A DNA stretch of 64,000 bases from Vitrella brassicaformis CCMP3155 (lineage: Eukaryota; Protista; Chromerida). Each line of letters opens with the position of its first letter. Position 1 is the stretch's first letter. Under the pieces are notes generated by a model. It had not been told where the DNA came from. It was given only the letters and a program-made list of their open reading frames with translations, and ran no database searches. The position numbers and the translations under genes were made by a program. Positions 58,574 through 64,000 of the stretch are shown here, in pieces. The stretch is from assembly GCA_001179505.1 (NCBI GenBank), contig CDMY01001019.1, positions 124,001-188,000 on the forward strand, given 5' to 3'.

Positions 58574-61500
58574 ATGTTTCAGACGGAACGCCACAAGAAT
58601 GGATCTCCGCCTATCGGATGTAGATCTTGCTTTGACGTGCTTCACAACCTCAAACCGCTGCTGCCAAGCTCAAGCTTGGCGTCATCTTTCCTCGAGATAG
58701 ATAGGCAGATAGCGGTATTAATGGCGTCATCTTCTTCATCGAGCAGCCCGCGGTGTGAGATCTCCAATGCCTTTCGCCTCGTGCAGTTCAAGGAGGTGCT
58801 GAAGGAGCGCAACAAGATGCCTGCCCTGAAGCAGGCGCTCACGCCCGATTCGGATACCCTCAAGGACACCATCCAGGCCGTCTCACGCGGAGCCGGCAGT
58901 GGCAGCAAGGAGGGAGGAAACAAACCCCACCTCTTCTCCTCAGGTCGGTCCGGCTGTCGGTGGGGGGGGAGATAGATAGATAGATCGAAGATGCCTGACA
59001 CACGACATACAGACAGCTACACAACTGCATGTGTGTGTTGATATACAGGTCTTGGTGGTGTGTCCGGCACGATTCACTGCCGGAATCAGGCGGCGCTGTG
59101 GGACTCGGCGGCGCACTGTGTGTTGGAAGGAGGGGTGGACCCCCGCCTGGCTGTCGTGGAGATCGTAGACCACCGACACCCTGTCAGGTTCGCCACACCC
59201 CTCTCGGAGAAATGCTACTCGCTCGTTCTCAACGACACCAAACATATTGACGATAGAGTGAGTCAAGGAATGAATGAATGAATGGGGTTTCCGGTGGGTC
59301 TTCACGTATGGCTGCCTGCCTGGCTGGCTGCGTGCCGTGTGGGCGGGGCGGGGTGGGCTTGTGCGGATGGATGGCTGCAGTTGCCCGTGGTACTGGGCGA
59401 GTACACAGGGGTGGTGTGCAAACCGCAGGTGGACGAAACGGGGCAGGAGAACACCACTTACGTATTCAGACTCGGTACGCCACCAACCCACTACACGCGC
59501 CCCGCCCATTCGTCAATCATCTCATCTCATGTCCTGTCACGTGCTCCCCTCGCAACACCCACGCGCGTATGCAGAGTTCGACCCTCGAGCTGTCCATGGC
59601 GACAAGTCGCGGGTAGCTTCTGTCCGCGGCGACCATGGGTCTGTTGGGGGCCCACGCGGCCGCAAGCAGCAGCTGGTGCTGCCACACGATGACGAGTGGG
59701 TCGTGGACGCGTCACGGTTCCACAACGAAATGGGTCAGTCCGTCCGTTCGTTCGTTCGTTCAAGATGCGTGCACATCGATCGCGACGCAATGTGTGCATC
59801 GGGCCGGCTTGCTCACTCTCCCTCCTTCCCTCCCTCCCTCCCTGTGTGGATGTGTGTCTTTGCTGCTCAGCGTTGGTGAATCACTGTGAGGCGATCGACC
59901 TGTGCGCCAACCCCAACGGGTTCAAAAACCTCCACGTCAACGCCTGCTGGCATCAGGTACCTACACACATACACCTACGTACGTGCATACCAAGGCAGCC
60001 CACCGGCCGGTGCTGAATGTACGGATGGATGGCTGCATCAGTCAGGGTCGCTCTCTGGGGCTGTGGGGGGCTGTGGATGTATGTATGCATCTGCAGATAT
60101 ACGAGGACGGGTGGCCCCACGTGGTGTTGTGTACCATTCCCGGAGTGCGCATATACCCGGGGGTGAGTGGAGAAATGGATGGCCAACACATACATACATA
60201 CATACATACATACATGCGCACACAGATACACGCGGCTCGTGCCTCTCCGTCTGTTTGTCTGTGTGTCTGTTTGTCTGTGTGTCTGTCTGTCTGTGTGTCA
60301 GGATGAGATCGTCGCCGACTTCGGTCGTCTGTGGTTCGATCGTGTGCGTGAGCTGGCCATCCGGGGACTGCGCAACGAGCTGCTGACCGCACGCCTCCTC
60401 CGCGCCGAAGCTCAGGGTGAGCGATGCGGCATCCGTACACACAGCCACACGTGCACCTGTTTGCGCACGCACTGCAGGCATCCCGGCCATCCCGGCCTCC
60501 AGTGACGCCGACGCCAGTGACCAGGACCCGTTCGGCGAGACGTCGCCCGAGCACACCCTGTGCGGCATCTGCCAGCAGCCCGACCCCCACCCCATCGGCA
60601 CGTCCGACCAGATGAGGGATGAGGATGACATCTCAATCGCAGGAGGGCCGCCACTGGGCGCCACTGGCTCGATAGTGTGCGACGGGTGTGCCTTTCCCTT
60701 CCACCTGCACTGCCTGGGACTGGAGCCCAACGACACGCCACCAGGTACCTGTGCTGGCGGACAGACAGACAGACAGACAGGGAGGGAGGGAGGGAGGGAC
60801 GCATGCACACGACTCACAGACGACAGCCACACTCGCCTCAAGATTTGATGTTTCCTGTGGTGTCTGTTGCAGATGACGTAGAGTGGTTCTGTCCCAACTG
60901 CGTGGCGCTTAGCGAGTGAGCGACTGACTGACTCGCCTACACACAGTCCCGCCGACATGGCTGTCTGTCTGTGGAATGAATGTGTCGGTCAGGCGTGTGG
61001 CTGACGCCGTGTCGGGTGGCAACAAGAATGATCCCCTCTCAGTCCGGCGGCTCCGTCGCGTCCACTCGGCCGCCTACAACGCAGACCACCGCCCCGTCCG
61101 TCACCCAACCTACAGATGGTTGCACCAGAGAATGAATGCTCGTGTGACATCCGCCTACATATGTATGTCTCCCTGTTTGCGTCTGTGTCTGTGTGTGCAG
61201 GGGGGCTGCACGCTCAACATGAAGCAGCCGCTGGTGCAGGGGGGCAGCCGGGGTGTCAGGGGCGTCGCGAGCGCCCACCTCAGTGACGACGCATTCTCGA
61301 TGCTCAAGCCGTGCGGCGCCTGCAAGAAGCGCAAGAAAGGCGCAGACCCAGAGGGACTTCACATCAACTGCAGGTGGGTCGGTGGGTGGGGTGGGTGAGT
61401 CAGAGGAGGAGTCTCTCTCTCGCGCGCGTCGCGTGCTACGTGCATACGCCTGCGCCGGTGCGGGTGTGTGTGTGTGTGTGCGCGCTGCACGCATGGTGCG

Positions 61501-62778
61501 GTGCCTCCATCTGGGCCCGCGATTACGACGCTAACAGGGACCAGACCGAACGCGACGTCGCCCAAAACACTATCGGCGCACGTAATAAGGAGGCCTGCTG
61601 AATATCTATCATTCATTCACACGCCACACATGCATTCCTTCTTTTCCCCCTCTCTCTGTGACGATTGTGCATTCAGTGGTCCGGGCCTACACGAACGTGC
61701 GGTCGCGTGACGGGTCTGCCCGCAAGGGCGACAAGCAGCGGCGCCAAAGGCAGAACAAGAGCACATTGCAGCACAAGAGCCTCGCCGCGGCCGCCGCGGC
61801 TGACCACAGACAAGGTCGGCCAGCTCACCAATACAGCATGCGTTCCTTTACCGTCATGTCGTGTGCCGCGTCCGTCCGTGTGTGTGCAGCGTCCGAAGTT
61901 GGTGGGGCGCTAGGTGGTGGGGGCGAGAAGTGGCAGGCGGTGGAAGGCTGGATTCCCCTGCTGGGCATCTGCATCAACAAGACCGCAATCGAGCGGAAAT
62001 TTGCGATGGGGGCGTTTGAGGTGCGCGCGATTGCGTTCACGCAGTCCGTGGGTGTCTGTGGATTGTGTGCATTGTTGTGTTGTGTTGTGTGCAGGGTCGT
62101 GTTGAGGGCGTGGGGGAGCGTGGCTACTTGGACATCAAGTACTCGGATGGCGACGACGAGTCCGTCGATGCCGAGAGCCTGCAGAAGATCCTTCGCGACT
62201 GGCTCCAGGACAACAGCATGTCCGCCAAGACGCGCAAGGAAATCATCACCTCACTCATGATCGACAAACAGGTGGATGGGTCGGTGGGTCGATGGGAAGG
62301 AGAGTCAACACCGCAGCACAGAAAGAACACCACGCACTGGCTCTCTGGAACGGACGTAAAAACGAATATGCAAATCGAATGTGTCGATCGATGGATGCAG
62401 GTGATCGAGAAATATATGATGCGGACGGTTCCCGTCCGCTTATTGGGCGGCGGCTCGACGCTGCACGACGACGACTCAGACTTTGGGGACGACGACGACA
62501 GACACAGCGGCAACGGCAGCAAGGGCAGCAGCAACAAGCGGAGCAAGCCCGCGCACCCCTCCCCTTCCCCGCCTCCATTCCATGAGTTTTCGGGCACTCC
62601 TTCTGTGCCCATCGTCAAGGGCAGGAGCAGCCAGGCCCCCCGCAAGCAGGCGATCAACCGTGGGCGGCGGGAGAGGCGCGGCAAGGACAGCCGTGGTGCC
62701 ATGGAGGTGGACGGCGAGAGGTCGCCCGGTAGCTGCGTGCCGTCTGGCAACATCGACAACCTTATGGGAATCGAGTGA
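58574..62778 (+). CDS. Chromatin protein: SET domain + PHD finger + Cys cluster + PTM/DIR17-like Tudor domain
   Basis: SET: VLGEYTGVV, VVDASRFHNEM|ALVNHC, PG|DEIVADFGRLWF; PHD: CGIC..CDGCAFPFHLHCL..WFCPNC; Tudor-like: IERKFAMGAFE|GRV..IKYSDGDDESVD. Start may be 58721. Confidence 0.85.
58618..58646. repeat. 29-bp exact repeat, copy 2
   Basis: identical to 57684-57712. Confidence 0.9.
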
Positions 62779-62838
62779 ATGGATGGATGGATGGATGGAT
62801 GGATGGGAATCGAGTGAATGGATGGATGGATGGATGGA
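62764..62838. repeat. 39-bp tandem duplication that copies the stop-codon region plus (GGAT)n
   Basis: atgggaatcgagtgaatggatgg... at 62764 and 62803. Confidence 0.85.
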
Positions 62839-63688
62839 CGGATGAAGGGATGGGCCGGGCTACCTGTATCCACATACATACATACATACATGCGAAATCG
62901 CATACACGCATATGTGGTGACCGGTTGGTGGGGTGTTTTTTATCTAGAGACGGGGGGCGGATGGACGGATGGATACTCCTGCCCTTTTATCCCTCCCTCC
63001 CTCCCTGTCTGCCTGCATGCCTGCCTGCCTGTGTGCGTGCCATCTGCTGCGTTTATTTTCGTGCGTGCTCTCGCTTTTTCCCTTCCGCCATTCGGCGGCG
63101 TGGGCTGTGACAGGGGACAGATATCTTTTTGGCAGTGTCCCATCAATCACAGCTGATTGCATTGGACAGACGGGTGTAGAGAGCACCTGCACGCGTTGAC
63201 AGCCAGGTGAGTGTGGGAGCTGGCTGGGGATGGTTGTTCGTGCCTAGCCTGTTATCGATCCTTTTAGCTATGAAAGGCCATATATATTTATTTGTCTATG
63301 TAGGGTGTGTGCCCCATGAAAATTGACTGCATGATGAAATGCGCTCTCTCTTGCGACAGCTTTGGTGATCAAGTGGCAATGCGTCCCCAGATGAGTGGTG
63401 TGTCCATCCATACGTACTTAGTGCCTCACTGGATCGGCACCAAATCCCTCGGCCATTATGTGGTAGTGTTCACACACGGGATCGGAGCACACATCCAGAC
63501 AGCCACACGTGTGAACAGAGCCTCTCAGTTTGAAGTGCACGCATACACAAACGCACACACACTCACACTCATACTCTCGCGACATCGATCGGTTCGTGGA
63601 TGCATGTCATTCATCCCAGACTGCACAAACCACACGCAAATGCACCCACCTTATATAGTTAACCAGAACACACTCAGACACGATGCAC

Positions 63689-64000
63689 TCACACCGACCC
63701 ACAGGCAGGCAGGCAGGCAGGCGGGCGGGCGATAAAGATTGATATGTCTTTCTCGGTCTGCCGTAGGCGACCGATTGAATGAGCGGCGTAATCGATGTGA
63801 TCGATGTACGTACGTACGCGTTGTGACTGTGTGATCGATGTGATCGATGGCTGACTGTACACACAGTCACAGCACCCAACGGCCTCCATCGAGTCAGGCA
63901 GACAGACAAGCAGCTCACTCATGGTCATGTCTCTGTGGCCGCTCGTCTGTGTGAGTCTCTGGCTCATCTGCCCCGCCGCTGTCCACTCGTACGAGCGCAC
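63689..64000 (-). CDS. Possible exon(s) of a gene truncated by the window end
   Basis: VRSYEWTAAGQMSQRLTQTSGHRDMTM followed by a GTGAG donor; too short to identify. Confidence 0.2.
   Translation of the reverse strand: MRSYEWTAAGQMSQRLTQTSGHRDMTMSELLVCLPDSMEAVGCCDCVYSQPSITSITQSQRVRTYIDHIDYAAHSIGRLRQTEKDISIFIARPPACLPACGSV

Noticed and set aside
1-64000. Hundreds of 60-250 aa ORFs rich in CVCV, THTH, DRQT, MDGW and PSLP
   Set aside because: They are translations of intronic microsatellites or antisense shadows of real exons

Overview
This is intron-rich, GC-rich eukaryotic DNA. Its introns are full of (GACA)n, (GT)n, (GGAT)n, (GGGA)n and (GGCA)n microsatellites. That style, a lineage-typical ankyrin gene and a plastid-targeted GatB point to a chromerid alveolate, most likely Vitrella brassicaformis (inference). 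I spliced about 19 protein-coding genes by hand from GT/GC-AG signals; internal exon borders are my predictions. In order they are: a class I methyltransferase, a small SAM-domain protein, a hypothetical protein, a DIPP-like Nudix hydrolase, gatB, a DUF2431/BMT5-C2H2 fusion, a divergent kinase, a GPI-anchored Cys-module surface protein, a C2 + transglutaminase-like (CEP76/CC2D2A family) protein, a secreted Cys-rich protein, a prokaryote-type DUF429 nuclease-fold protein, a MAP3K, a mitochondrial Zn-ribbon protein, a Patched/NPC1-type transporter, a small secreted protein, an EFCAB11-like EF-hand protein, a frameshifted ankyrin gene, an RRM-like protein and a SET-PHD-Tudor-like chromatin protein. 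There are two 300-N assembly gaps. I found no rRNA, tRNA, CRISPR array or intact transposon. The most notable signals are: (1) a probable prokaryote-derived DUF429 gene that has gained introns and an NLS-like insertion; (2) a GPI-anchored protein built from duplicated LCW(C) modules with conserved intron positions, including GC donors; (3) pervasive head-to-head gene pairs, four of which share an AGCTCGCA motif, once as a perfect 20-bp palindrome; (4) an inverted copy of an internal exon/intron junction placed upstream of its own gene; (5) a SET domain lacking its invariant Tyr.
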